The notes below the pieces were generated by a model. The model saw nothing but the letters and a program-made list of their open reading frames with translations. It was not told where the DNA came from and searched no databases. Of a DNA stretch of 64,000 nucleotides, positions 20,967 to 33,114 are shown piece by piece. Position 1 is the stretch's first letter. Every line of letters begins with the position of its first letter. Location: the NCBI GenBank assembly GCA_963726245.1, contig CAVSBT010000037.1, forward strand, positions 64,001 through 128,000, given 5' to 3'. This DNA comes from an uncultured Chloroflexia bacterium. GTDB taxonomy: Bacteria > Chloroflexota > Dehalococcoidia > DSTF01 > JALHUB01. Made by a program: the position numbers and the translations under genes.

Positions 20967-21884
20967 ATGTGGAAGTACGTCGCCCTTCTGGTCGTGTCCA
21001 AGACCCTGGCCTGGCTTCCCACGCGGGCTGCCTACGCGATCGCCAGGGTTGTGGGCGACGCGTCATACCTGCTCCAGGGCCGCACCCGCCGGCACGTCAA
21101 GGACAACATGCGCCACGTCCTGGGGCCGGACGCCAGCGAGAAAGAGGTGTCCCGCGCAGCCCGCGACGTCTTCCGCAACGTCACCCGCTACTACGCCGAC
21201 CTCATTCGCCTGCCCCGCCTCGATCCCCACCGCCTCCTGACACACGACGTGACCATTCACGGACTGGAAACCCTAAAGAACGCCATCGCCGAGGGCAAGG
21301 GCGTCGTACTGGTCAGCGGTCACTATGGCAACCCGGAGCTGACCGTGCAGGTCATGGCGGGCTTCGGCGTCCAGGCCTACGTGCTCACGGAGCCCCTTCA
21401 GCCCCGACAGCTCTCGGACCTCGTCCACCGTCTTCGCTCCACCCACGGCCACATCTACCGACCGGTGAGCATGTCGGCCGTCAAGGGGGCCATCCGCCAC
21501 CTGCGCCAGGGCGGGGTCGTGGCCATTCTCTGCGACCGCGACATACAGAAGACGGGCCAGTTGCTGCCCTTGTGTGGCTCCCCTGCCCGCTTCCCCGTCG
21601 GCGCCGCGATGCTGGCGGTGCGCACGGGCGCCCAGCTCGTGCCGGCCTTCAGCCAGAGGCACGGGCCGGGCCGCGACGAGGTCTGGGTCGATCCGCCCCT
21701 TTCTCTGGAGCGCACCGGCGACGAGGAGCACGACGTGCGCGCCATTACGGAGAAGATCCTGGCCCGCTTCGAGGAGTATCTGCGCCGCGATCCAGGCCAG
21801 TGGATGGTCCTGGAGCCCGTCTGGGGGCAGGAGTGCGCCGAAGACGGGACCCTTGTCAACTCACAGACAACTTCTGCGCATTGA
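20967..21884 (+). CDS. Lipid A/PIM acyltransferase family (PatA-like) 2
   Basis: HYGNPE; DRD; P.GAA.LA.RTGA; PGQW. Confidence 0.88.
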   Translation: MWKYVALLVVSKTLAWLPTRAAYAIARVVGDASYLLQGRTRRHVKDNMRHVLGPDASEKEVSRAARDVFRNVTRYYADLIRLPRLDPHRLLTHDVTIHGLETLKNAIAEGKGVVLVSGHYGNPELTVQVMAGFGVQAYVLTEPLQPRQLSDLVHRLRSTHGHIYRPVSMSAVKGAIRHLRQGGVVAILCDRDIQKTGQLLPLCGSPARFPVGAAMLAVRTGAQLVPAFSQRHGPGRDEVWVDPPLSLERTGDEEHDVRAITEKILARFEEYLRRDPGQWMVLEPVWGQECAEDGTLVNSQTTSAH

Positions 21885-21924
21885 AATGCGCAGCTTCCTC
21901 GAAGCTGAGGGTTTCAACCCTCAG
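21874..21924. repeat. 51-bp triple-hairpin repeat, copy 1 (copy 2 at 35977-36027)
   Basis: CTGCGCAT-TGAA-ATGCGCAG/CAGCTTC-CTC-GAAGCTG/CTGAGGGTT-TC-AACCCTCAG. Confidence 0.85.
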
Positions 21925-22050
21925 GGATGAAGCCAAGCGGCAAATGCCGATGGCTGGCCAGTCGTTCACCTCTCGGTGCCTCGCTTGCGGTACAATGAGG
22001 GCGTTGGGGATAGTTCTTGCACTGTGAGCCGGTCTAGGTAGGGATAAGCT

Positions 22051-22806
22051 TTGGGCAAAGCCGATCTGCACATCCACACGGCCCGCGGCGACGGCATGGC
22101 CGACCTGCCGGAGCTGCTGGCGCACGTCCAGCAGAACACGGACCTGACGGTGATCGCCGTGACCGAGCACGATGACTCGCGGCCGGGCCTGGAGGCCCGC
22201 GAGATGTGGGCCCGCGGCAACTACCGATTCGAGGTCGTGCCGGGCGCCGAGCTGACGACCCTGGAGGGACACCTGCTGGCTCTCTACTTGGAGGAGCCCG
22301 TCGAAAGCCTGCGTCCGCTGGCCGAGACGCTGGAGGCCGTACACAGGCAGGGCGGGCTGTGCGTCATCCCTCACCCCATGAGCTGGCTCACGCGCAGCAT
22401 CGGCCAGCGGAAGATCGACCGCATCCTGGGCGACGGTCGGGACGGCGTCTACTTCGACGGCATGGAGGTGGCCGACCAGAGCGCCGGCGCCCGTGTCAGC
22501 ATCGGGAAGGCGCGTCGCCTCAACAATGAGCGCTATCACTTCGCGGCGGTGGGCGGCAGCGACGCGCACTTCCTGGCCGTGGTCGGGAGCGCCTACACCG
22601 TTTTCGAGGGGCACGGCGCCGAGGACCTGCGGCGGGCCATCCTGGCCCGCACCACTGAGGGCGTGGACGGCCATAGCCCGTCACTGATGGAGATTGGGCT
22701 GCGGCAGGTGGTGCGGCAGCAGGTGCGAGGCTTACTGGTAACGCCTCGCAAGATGGGCTGGCGGCGCACCATCGCCAGCTTCTTCACGCGGTTCCTGCCG
22801 AAATGA
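22051..22806 (+). CDS. PHP-domain phosphoesterase
   Basis: DLHIHT..DG; TEHD; GHLL; PHP; GGSDAH. Confidence 0.9.
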   Translation: MGKADLHIHTARGDGMADLPELLAHVQQNTDLTVIAVTEHDDSRPGLEAREMWARGNYRFEVVPGAELTTLEGHLLALYLEEPVESLRPLAETLEAVHRQGGLCVIPHPMSWLTRSIGQRKIDRILGDGRDGVYFDGMEVADQSAGARVSIGKARRLNNERYHFAAVGGSDAHFLAVVGSAYTVFEGHGAEDLRRAILARTTEGVDGHSPSLMEIGLRQVVRQQVRGLLVTPRKMGWRRTIASFFTRFLPK

Positions 22807-23963
22807 AGATCGGACTCATTTCGCCGTACGACTTCGCCGTGCCGGGTGGCGTCAACTCCCACATCGAGCACCTGGCCGAGAACTTCGAGCGATTGGGCCA
22901 CGAGGTGCGCATAGTAGCGCCCTGCTCACGACCCCGGGCAGCCACCCTGGGGAAGAACGTTGTCTGCATCGGGCGACCGATCGGCGTGCCGGCCAGCGGC
23001 TCGGTGGCCCGCATCGCCCTCTCCCTGCGGCTGGCCCCGCAGGTGAGGCGGGCGCTGGCGGCGGAGAGCTTCGACGTGGTCCATATCCACGAGCCCTTCG
23101 TGCCGTTCCTGCCCGTCCAGTTCCTGCGCTTCTCAGACGCGACCAACGTCGCCACCTTCCACGCCGCCAAAGAGGGCGGCAGCCGCTGGTACGCTTACGG
23201 GCGGCGGGTGCTGCGCCGCTGGTTCCGAAACCTGGACGGCAAGATCGCCGTCTCCCTGTCGGCCATGCGCCTGATAGGCCGCTACTTCCCCGGCTACTAC
23301 AACATCATCCCCAACGGCGTCGACGTGAGCCACTTCTCGGCGCCCGCGGAGCCCCTGCCCCAGTACTGCGACGGCAAGCTAAACATTCTCTTCGTGGGCC
23401 GGCTGGAGAAGCGCAAGGGGGTCGCCAACCTCCTGCGGGCCTACACGCGCGTGAAGCAAGAGATGCCGGAGACGCGCCTCATCATCGTCGGGCCGGAGAC
23501 GCGCCTTAAGCAGGGCTACGAGCGCACGGTGAAGGAGGCGGGCCTCGAGGACGTGGTGTTCGCCGGCTTCGCTCCCTACGATGAGCTGCCGCGCTACCAC
23601 CGCACGGCCCACGTCTTCTGCGCCCCGGCCACCGGCAACGAGAGCCAGGGCATCGTCCTGCTGGAGGCGATGGCCGCCGGCAAGCCCATCGTAGCGAGCA
23701 ACATCGAGGGCTACGCCGGCGTCCTCACCCACGGCATCGAAGGCCTGCTGGTCCTGCCCAAGAACACCGAGGGCCTGGCCGAAGCCCTGCTCCAGCTCCT
23801 GCGCGACCCGGAGCTGCGTCAGACGATGGGCGAGCGGGGACGGCTGCGGGCGCCCGAGTTTGGCTGGGAGCGCATCTCCCAACGCGTCCTCTCCTACTAC
23901 GAGCGCCTGCGCTACGAGAAGCAGACCGGCCCGTCGCCGGAGGAGGAGGTCGTCAGCCAGTGA
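22803..23963 (+). CDS. GT4 glycosyltransferase, PimA-like mannosyltransferase
   Basis: MKIGLISPY..VPGGV..H; HIHEP; GRLEKRKG; ESQGIVLLEAMAAG. Confidence 0.88.
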   Translation: MKIGLISPYDFAVPGGVNSHIEHLAENFERLGHEVRIVAPCSRPRAATLGKNVVCIGRPIGVPASGSVARIALSLRLAPQVRRALAAESFDVVHIHEPFVPFLPVQFLRFSDATNVATFHAAKEGGSRWYAYGRRVLRRWFRNLDGKIAVSLSAMRLIGRYFPGYYNIIPNGVDVSHFSAPAEPLPQYCDGKLNILFVGRLEKRKGVANLLRAYTRVKQEMPETRLIIVGPETRLKQGYERTVKEAGLEDVVFAGFAPYDELPRYHRTAHVFCAPATGNESQGIVLLEAMAAGKPIVASNIEGYAGVLTHGIEGLLVLPKNTEGLAEALLQLLRDPELRQTMGERGRLRAPEFGWERISQRVLSYYERLRYEKQTGPSPEEEVVSQ

Positions 23964-24613
23964 AGGGGCCTGCCACGAGCGGCAAGACGTTCACGCTGCT
24001 GCCTCACTCGCTGCCCCGGCGATTCATCGATCCGGTGGCCCTGGCCGTCTCGCGGACGGGCCTGACTCCCAACGCCCTCACCGCTCTAGGGCTGGTCGGC
24101 AGCCTGGCGGCGGCGGCGCTGGTGGCCGGCGGCTACTTCCTCGTCGGGGGGCTGGTGGTGCTGGCGGCGGCGGCCCTGGACCTCCTGGACGGCGCCCTGG
24201 CCCGCGCCACCGGTCGCGTCACCATCTTCGGCGGCGTCTTCGACTCCGTCCTCGACCGGCTGGGCGAAGCGGCGGTGCTGGGCGGCGTGCTCTTCCACTT
24301 CAGCGAAGGGGGCCACCGCCCGGAGGTGATGCTGACCTTCATCGCCGTCGTCGGGTCGATAACGGTGAGCTACGTGCGGGCGCGCGCCGAGGCCGCGGGC
24401 CTGAAGCTGACCGATGGCATATTCACCCGCCCGGAGCGGGTCATCGTCCTCGGGCTGGGGCTGATGGTCGACCAGATGCTCATCGCCCTCTGGATCCTGG
24501 CCGTGCTCACGGTCTTCACCGCCCTGCAGCGCCTGTTCGTCGTCTGGCGACGGCTGGAGCGGCGAGAAACCGCCGCCTTCGTTGCAGGACCGCCACAAGG
24601 GGTAGAGCCGTGA
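23960..24613 (+). CDS. pgsA: CDP-alcohol phosphatidyltransferase (phosphatidylinositol phosphate synthase-like)
   Basis: TPNALT; DLLDGALAR...G..FDSVLDR; SYVRARAE; RPER. Confidence 0.9.
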   Translation: MKGPATSGKTFTLLPHSLPRRFIDPVALAVSRTGLTPNALTALGLVGSLAAAALVAGGYFLVGGLVVLAAAALDLLDGALARATGRVTIFGGVFDSVLDRLGEAAVLGGVLFHFSEGGHRPEVMLTFIAVVGSITVSYVRARAEAAGLKLTDGIFTRPERVIVLGLGLMVDQMLIALWILAVLTVFTALQRLFVVWRRLERRETAAFVAGPPQGVEP

Positions 24614-25371
24614 TACCGCTTCGAGAGCAGGAGTACATCAAGGAGGCGTTCGCCCGGGAGCTGGTGGGCCCGGTGCGCATCGACTACTTCACGCAGCGAG
24701 CCAGCGCGCTCTACGTGCCGGGTCGCGAGGAGTGCGCCTACTGCGAGGACGTGCGCCAGATGCTCGAGGAGCTGGCCGCCCTCAACGACAAGATCAAGCT
24801 CACGGTGCACGAGTTCCGGGACGCCCGCGAGGCGGCGTCCCGCCTGGGCGTGGATAAGATACCGGGCATCGTCATCCGCGGGCCGGCCAACCGAGCCATC
24901 AAGTTCTATGGCATGCCGACCGGCCACGAGTTCCCCGGCCTCATCGACAACATTGTGGACGCATCGCGGGGGAAGGTGGACCTGGCGCCGGAGACCGTCC
25001 GGCGTCTCAAGAAGCTGAAGCAGGACGTGTCCATCCAGGTCCTGGTCACCCCCACCTGACCGCACTGTCCGGTTGTGGCGCGTGCCGCCCACAAGATGGC
25101 CCTGGAGAGCCCCCGCATTCGAGCCGACGTCGTCGAGGTCAGCGAGTTCCCCCGCCTGGCACAGCGCTACCAGGTGCGCGGCGTCCCCACCACCGTCCTC
25201 AACGAGCAGACGCTGGTAGTGGGGGCGATGGACGAGCGCATGCTGCTCGAACAGGTGATGAAGGTGGCCGAGGGCGCCGGCCTCCCGCCGCCTTCGGGCC
25301 AGGCAGGCGCCACGACACCCACCCAGGAGGCCCCGCAGCAGCAACAGCGGCCGGCCGGCGGCGGTAGCTGA
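24610..25371 (+). CDS. Two-domain thioredoxin-fold protein disulfide oxidoreductase, probable selenoprotein (UPHC)
   Basis: CAYC in domain 1; in-frame TGA at 25057-25059 at the first position of the TPT-U-PHC motif; frame continues to 25371. Confidence 0.85.
25073..25094 (+). promoter_or_regulatory. Candidate bacterial SECIS hairpin
   Basis: TTGT-GGCG-CGTGC-CGCC-C-ACAA starting 13 nt after the UGA. Confidence 0.55.
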
Positions 25372-25470
25372 TACTGCCGTAACCCCTGCCCGTTCGTGAC
25401 CCCGGTCCCGCGAAATCCCCGCCCCGGATCTGGGCACGACCCCGGCGTGAAGAGGCAGTTACGCAAGTCC

Positions 25471-25594
25471 GTAGGCCAGGCTTTCCAGCCTGGCCGCACG
25501 AGAGGCACCGAGGCTAGAAAGCCTCGGCTACGGTGTTCTGCAACACCCTCTGAACGCCGGAGACAAGTAGGGGCGCAGCATGCTGCGCCCCTAC
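25471..25594. repeat. GTAG-type REP doublet (25471-25531) and 28-bp perfect palindrome (25567-25594)
   Basis: GTAGGCCAGGCT...CCTCGGCTAC; GTAGGGGCGCAGCATGCTGCGCCCCTAC. Confidence 0.8.
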
Positions 25595-25684
25595 GGACGC
25601 GGCACAAAGAATCTGTCGGGTCTCAAGACAGATGTTTCGTTTGACGCCGTCTATACAGGCTCCGTCACCCCCCGGAAACCCCAC

Positions 25685-25750
25685 TTGACAGTGGTTCGGG
25701 CCGGTGCTAGATTCTGATCGTAGTTAGCACTCTCACGGTTAGAGTGCTAA
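25685..25750 (+). promoter_or_regulatory. sigma70 promoter plus perfect CIRCE operator (25724-25750)
   Basis: TTGACA-N17-TAGATT; TTAGCACTC-N9-GAGTGCTAA. Confidence 0.95.
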
Positions 25751-25794
25751 TTGACGAAAGGAGCCCCTCGGGCAGAGTCCCCGGGGGAGAAGGC

Positions 25795-26808
25795 ATGCTG
25801 GCGGAGCGTCGCTCTCAGATCCTGCGACTCATCGTCGAAGAGTACGTGGACTCGGCGGTGCCGGTGGGCTCAGAGACCATCGTGCGCAAGCACCGCCTGC
25901 CCGTCTCCTCGGCCACCATTCGCAACGAGATGGCGAGGCTGGAGGAAGAGGGGTACATCACCCACCCTCACACCTCGGCGGGGCGCGTGCCCTCCGACAC
26001 GGGCTATCGCTACTACGTCGAGAGCCTGATGGAGGAGCAGGACCTCACGCCGGAGGAGAGGGAGACCATTCGCCACCAGTTCCACCAGGCCGGGCGTGAG
26101 CTGGAGGAGTGGGTCCGCCTGGCGGCGGCCGTCCTCGCCCAGTCGGTGCGCAACATGGCCGTGGTCACCACGCCGCGCTCGCCCCACTGCCGCCTCAAGC
26201 ACCTGGAGCTGGTCAGCCTGCATGACATGGTGGTCCTGCTCGTCCTGGTGCTCCACGACGGGCGGCTCGTGCAGCAGATCATGACGCTCTCGGAGGCGCT
26301 GAACCAGGACGACCTCACCGCCGCGGCGCACAAGATGACGGACCTCTACAAAGGGCTGACTGCCTACCAGGTCCGGAGCAAGGCGGTGGAGCTGTCCACC
26401 CTGGAATCGCAGGTCGTGGAGCGGGTCCAGGCCCTCCTGACCACAGAGGACGAGGGCCGCTTCGACGAGGTCTGCCTGGAGGGGGTGCCCCTGGTCCTCG
26501 GCCAGCCCGAGTTCTCGCACACCGAGAAGATGCTCGACCTGCTGGCGGTGCTCGACGAGTACAGCCTGACGCGCCTGCTGCCCCTGCGCAGCCTGGCCGG
26601 CGAAGGCATCACCGTCGTCATCGGGCATGAGAACCGGGAGGACGTCCTGAGCGAGTGCAGCCTGCTGGTGACTCGCTACGGCGTGCCGGGCGCCCTCAGC
26701 GGCGCCCTGGCGGTGCTGGGCCCCACCCGCATGCGTTACCCGCGCACCATATCCACCGTGCGCTACCTGAGCGCCCTCATGAGCGATCTCGTCAGCCAGT
26801 ACGTCTAG
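25795..26808 (+). CDS. hrcA: Heat-inducible transcription repressor HrcA
   Basis: SSATIRNEM; PHTSAGRVPSD.GYR; GPTRM.Y; CIRCE upstream. Confidence 0.96.
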   Translation: MLAERRSQILRLIVEEYVDSAVPVGSETIVRKHRLPVSSATIRNEMARLEEEGYITHPHTSAGRVPSDTGYRYYVESLMEEQDLTPEERETIRHQFHQAGRELEEWVRLAAAVLAQSVRNMAVVTTPRSPHCRLKHLELVSLHDMVVLLVLVLHDGRLVQQIMTLSEALNQDDLTAAAHKMTDLYKGLTAYQVRSKAVELSTLESQVVERVQALLTTEDEGRFDEVCLEGVPLVLGQPEFSHTEKMLDLLAVLDEYSLTRLLPLRSLAGEGITVVIGHENREDVLSECSLLVTRYGVPGALSGALAVLGPTRMRYPRTISTVRYLSALMSDLVSQYV

Positions 26809-26841
26809 CAAGGAGCGCTGGCGGAGCAGGGTGATGATGCC

Positions 26842-27462
26842 ATGACGGAGAAAAAGAAAGAAAAGCACGACGAACACATCGTCGACCGGCGCGCATCCTC
26901 GCGCCTGGGCGGCGACGACGCCCCCGGCGAGGCCGCCGTGGAGGAGACGCCTGTAGAGGCGGAGGACATCGAGACGCTGAAGGCCCGTGTGGAGGAGGAG
27001 AAGTCGAAGGCGGAGTCCTACCTGGCGAACTGGCAGCGCGCCGCCGCCGACTACCAGAACCTCAAGCGCCGGGCCGAGAAGGAGCGCGAGGAGTACGGCC
27101 GCCTGGCCACCGCCGCCCTCGTCATCAACATCCTGCCCCTGCTCGACGACCTGGAGCGGGCGCTCCAGAGCGTCGACATCCGGCTGGCGGGGCTGACCTG
27201 GGTGGACGGCATCCGCCTCATCTATCGCAAGTTCCAGGCCGTCATGGAGGCGGCCGGCGTCAACGAGATCAAGGCGGAGGGCGAGGCCTTTGACCCCAAC
27301 CTGCACGAGGCCGTCATGTACGGCGAGGGCGAGGAGGGGAAGGTAGTCTCCGAGGTCCAGAAGGGGTACCGCCTCGGCGACCGCGTCATCCGCCCCGCGA
27401 TGGTGGTGGTAGGGAAGAAGGCCGAGGCAGGGGAGGAGAAGCGGGACACGCCTGCGGGATGA
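26842..27462 (+). CDS. grpE: Nucleotide exchange factor GrpE
   Basis: ADYQN.KRR; FDPNLHEA; QKGY.LGDRVIRPAMV. Confidence 0.96.
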   Translation: MTEKKKEKHDEHIVDRRASSRLGGDDAPGEAAVEETPVEAEDIETLKARVEEEKSKAESYLANWQRAAADYQNLKRRAEKEREEYGRLATAALVINILPLLDDLERALQSVDIRLAGLTWVDGIRLIYRKFQAVMEAAGVNEIKAEGEAFDPNLHEAVMYGEGEEGKVVSEVQKGYRLGDRVIRPAMVVVGKKAEAGEEKRDTPAG

Positions 27463-27628
27463 ATCCCGCAGCTTCTTTGCAAGGAACCCGCAGAAGGGCG
27501 AGCTGAAGCTCGCCGCTACGACGAGATAGATTCTGAGTGCGTCCAAGAGGGCGGCGGAGCCCTCGCTTTGTCAGGGGGACAGCAGGCGACTGCCCACTTT
27601 CGAAATCAACAATCCCGGGAGGGAGACT

Positions 27629-29534
<1,906 letters not shown>

Positions 29535-29683
29535 CGAACGGCGGAGCCGGAAGCAACTGTGAAACCGACGTGTTGAAGGGGGCGTGGCCCCCTTCTTCAT
29601 TTGCGGACGGTTGACAGTGCGCCGTGTGGGGGTATGATGGCGGCAGATTGTTTAAGTCAGGCTCTAAGACAGGGAGGTTCGTT

Positions 29684-30553
29684 ATGAAACGGTGGCTACG
29701 GCACAGCTTGCCGCTAATCTGTCTGGTGCTCGTCGCCGCCCTTGTTGCGTCGGCGTGCGGAGGTGACAACGAGGAGAAAACTGCCTCCCCGACGAAGGCG
29801 CCTGCGGGCTCGCCCACGGCGTCGCTCTCGGCGGGCGTCCCGGAGCTGAGCGACGGCACCCTCCAGGTGGGCAGCGACATCGCCTATGCGCCCATCGAGT
29901 TCTACGAGGAGGGCACTCAGAACGCTACGGGCCTCGACGTGGACATGGCCAACGCCCTGGCCAAGGAGCTGGGCGTCAAGGCCGAGTTCCAGAACACCGG
30001 CTTCGACGGGATCATCTCCGCTCTCGAGGCGCAGCGCTTCGACGTCATCATGTCGGCGATGACGATCACGGCGGACGCGACAGCAGCAGATCGACTTCAT
30101 CCCCTACTTCACGGCGGGCACCGGCATCCTGGTCCAGGCCGGCAACCCGAAGAACATCCAGTCCCTCGCCGATCTCTGCGGCAAGAGCGTGGCCGTCCAG
30201 TTGGGCACCATCCAGGTGGACCAGCTCAACGCTCAAAACGAGCAGTGCACCGACGAAGATATCGATCACCACTTTTGACCAGAACCCGCTGGCCGTGGAG
30301 CAGTTGACGCTGGGCCGCGTCGACGCCGTCACCGCCGACTACCCCGTCGCCGGCAACGACGCCCGCCTGTCGCAGGGCAAGCTCGAGCTTGTGAACACGC
30401 AGTTCGAGGCGGCGCCCTACGGCATCGGCGTGCGCAAGGACTCTACAGCGCTGAACGCCGCTCTCAAGAAGGCCCTGCAGAACATCATGAACAACGGTGA
30501 GTACGACAGCGATCCTGACCAATTGGAACCTTGAGGCCGGCTCCATCAAGTAG
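29684..30553 (+). CDS. Polar amino acid ABC transporter substrate-binding lipoprotein (frameshifted)
   Basis: Lipobox ASAC; GSDIAYAP.E; GLDVD; APYGIGVRK; promoter TTGACA-N16-TATGAT at 29611-29638. Confidence 0.88.
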
Positions 30554-30644
30554 AACGCGTCTCAACCCGGCAGCACAAGCCCCCGTCCCGCCCAGCGGGC
30601 GGGGGCTTTCCATGATCACGACCGTCAACGGTTGGAGGTGACCG

Positions 30645-31490
30645 ATGGACGTATTCCTGTCGATAACATTCGATGGCGGCGCCGTCAGGGAGTTCTTCTT
30701 CAACGGCGTCATCCTCCGCGGTGTCCGCACCACCCTCGAGGTCACCGTCCTGTCCATGCTCCTCGGCGCCGTGCTGGGCATCGTCCTTGCCGTCATGCGG
30801 GTGTCCCACAGCCGGATACTGTCGGGGTTCTCGGCGTTCTACGTCTGGTTCATCCGGGGGACGCCTGTGCTGATCCAGCTCCTGGTCGTGTACAACGGCA
30901 TCCCCCAGATGGTGGGCAGCCGGGAGTTCACCCTCTTCCTGACGCCCTTCCGGAGCGCCCTCATCACCTTCAGCCTCAACGAAGCAGCCTACATGGCGGA
31001 GATCGTGCGGGCGGGCATCCAGGCCATCGAGCCGGGCCAGATGGACGCCGCCAAGTCCCTGGGCATGCCTAACCTTCAGGCGATGCGACGGGTCATCCTG
31101 CCCCAGGCGCTGCGCGTGGTCATCCCGCCCACCGGCAACGAGTTCATCGCGATGCTCAAGAACACCTCCATCGCCTTCGTCGCCGGCCTCGTGGAGCTGA
31201 CCACCGCCGCGCGCCTCATCTATTCGGTGAACTTCAAGACCATGGAGCTGCTGGTCGTCGCCTCCATCTGGTACCTGATCATGACCACCGCCTTCAGCGT
31301 GTTGCAGGCCGAGCTGGAAGCGCGCCTGGCCATCGTCGAACGCGAGCGGGTGCTTCCGCTCAGCACGCGCGTCCTGCGGGCCCTGGGCGGCAGGCCGCGA
31401 GCGCTGAAACTGTCTCACCGTTCTGCTATTCTATGGTCACGCTTGGCCACGATGGGGGTTTGGGGAAGATGGGCAGTAGCTCGAGCTTGA
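30645..31490 (+). CDS. Amino acid ABC transporter permease
   Basis: RGTPVLIQL; AYMAEIVRAGI...GQ.DAA.SLG; LKNTS. Confidence 0.93.
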   Translation: MDVFLSITFDGGAVREFFFNGVILRGVRTTLEVTVLSMLLGAVLGIVLAVMRVSHSRILSGFSAFYVWFIRGTPVLIQLLVVYNGIPQMVGSREFTLFLTPFRSALITFSLNEAAYMAEIVRAGIQAIEPGQMDAAKSLGMPNLQAMRRVILPQALRVVIPPTGNEFIAMLKNTSIAFVAGLVELTTAARLIYSVNFKTMELLVVASIWYLIMTTAFSVLQAELEARLAIVERERVLPLSTRVLRALGGRPRALKLSHRSAILWSRLATMGVWGRWAVARA

Positions 31491-32243
31491 TGCTCGACGT
31501 GCAGGGCGTGCACAAGAGGTTTGGGTCGCTGGAGGTGCTGCGCGGCGTCGACCTCCAGGTGAAGAAGGGCGAGGTGCTGGTCCTCATCGGGCCCAGCGGC
31601 TCGGGCAAGAGCACCCTCCTGCGCTGCATCAACCACCTGGAGAAGATCGACGCCGGCCACATCTACATCGACGGGCAGCTCCTGGGCTATCGCGAGGTCA
31701 ACGGGCGGCTCATCGAGGAGCCGGAGGCGCGGGTGGCCCGCGTGCGCGCCACCATCGGCATAGTGTTCCAGCGGTTCAACCTGTTCCCCCACCTGACAGC
31801 GCTGGGCAACGTCATTGAGGCGCCCATCCACGTGCGAGGCCTCTCTCGACAGCGCGCCGTCGAAGAAGCGCAGCCGCATGCTGGAGAAGGTGGGCCTCGC
31901 CGACAAGATGAACGCTTACCCATCGCAGCTATCGGGCGGGCAGCAGCAGCGGGTGGCCATCGCCCGCGCCCTGGCCATGCAGCCGAAGCTGATGCTCTTC
32001 GATGAGCCCACCTCCGCCCTCGACCCGGAACTGGTGGGCGAGGTGCTGGAGGTCATGCGGGAGCTGGCCGCCGAAGGGATGACGATGGTCGTGGTCACCC
32101 ACGAGATGGGTTTCGCCCGTGAGGCGGCCGACCGCATGGTGCTGATGGACGGCGGCCAGATCCTGGAAGAAGGACCGCCGCGCCAGTTCTTCGAAGCGCC
32201 GCAGCACGAACGGACGCGCACCTTCCTCAGCAAGATCCTCTAG
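31469..32243 (+). CDS. Amino acid ABC transporter ATP-binding protein (frameshift ~31870)
   Basis: GPSGSGKS; LSGGQQQRV; [11 protein letters not shown]. Confidence 0.93.
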
Positions 32244-32268
32244 GCTAGGGAAGGAGAGGCGACGCAGG

Positions 32269-33010
32269 ATGTTCCACTTTCCAAGTTCCACGCTACCTCT
32301 CGCTGGTCATCCCTGCCTACAACGAGGAGCGCCGCCTGCTGCCCTCGCTGCAACAGGTCGACGAGTACCTGTCGAGCCGGCCCTACGCCAGCGAGCTGGT
32401 GGTGGTGGACGACGGCAGCACGGACCGCACCGGCGAGCTGGTGCGCGCCTTCGCTCCGGCGGCGCCGGACCGGGTTCAGGTGCGCCTTCTGGCCCACGAG
32501 CGCAACCTCGGCAAGGGGGCGGCAGTGCGCACGGGCTGTCTGGCGGCGCAGGGGGAGTACGTGGTGTTCACGGACATGGACCTGGCGGTCCCGCTGGAAG
32601 AGGTGGGACGGGTGCTGGAGCGCCTCGAGGCGGGCGTCGACGTGGCGGTGGGGACGCGCCTTCACCCCGGCGGGAAGGACATGCGCAGCAGTCAGCCTCC
32701 CCTGCGGCGAGCGGCGGGCCGCCTCTTCGTGCTGGTGCGGCGGATGGTCGCGGTGTCCGAGTTCGGCGACACGCAGTGCCCCCTCAAGGGTTTCCGCCGC
32801 GAGGCCGCGCGCCGCCTCTTCGCCGCCCAGCGCCTCTCGGGCTGGGCCTTCGACGTCGAGCTCCTCTACATGGCGAAGCGCTGGGGCATGCGGGTAGAGG
32901 AGGTGCCGGTGCGCTGGGACCACGTCGCCGGCTCCCACGTGGGCCTGCGGCCCCTGGTGGCGGCGCAGGTGCTCGGGGACCTCTTGCGCCTTCGCCTGTT
33001 GCACCGGTAG
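32269..33010 (+). CDS. GT2 dolichyl-phosphate glucosyltransferase-like protein (indel near start)
   Basis: LSLVIPAYNE; VDDGSTD; NLGKG; D.D; DTQC..K.F; FDVE. Confidence 0.88.
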
Positions 33011-33114
33011 CGGCTGCAGGCCGTTGAAGGCGCCGCGGCCTGGTGCTAAACTAGCGCCGCTCCAGCCGAAGGACGCCGCGGGCGGCTAACGGGCACACCG
33101 GAAGGGAGGCGACA

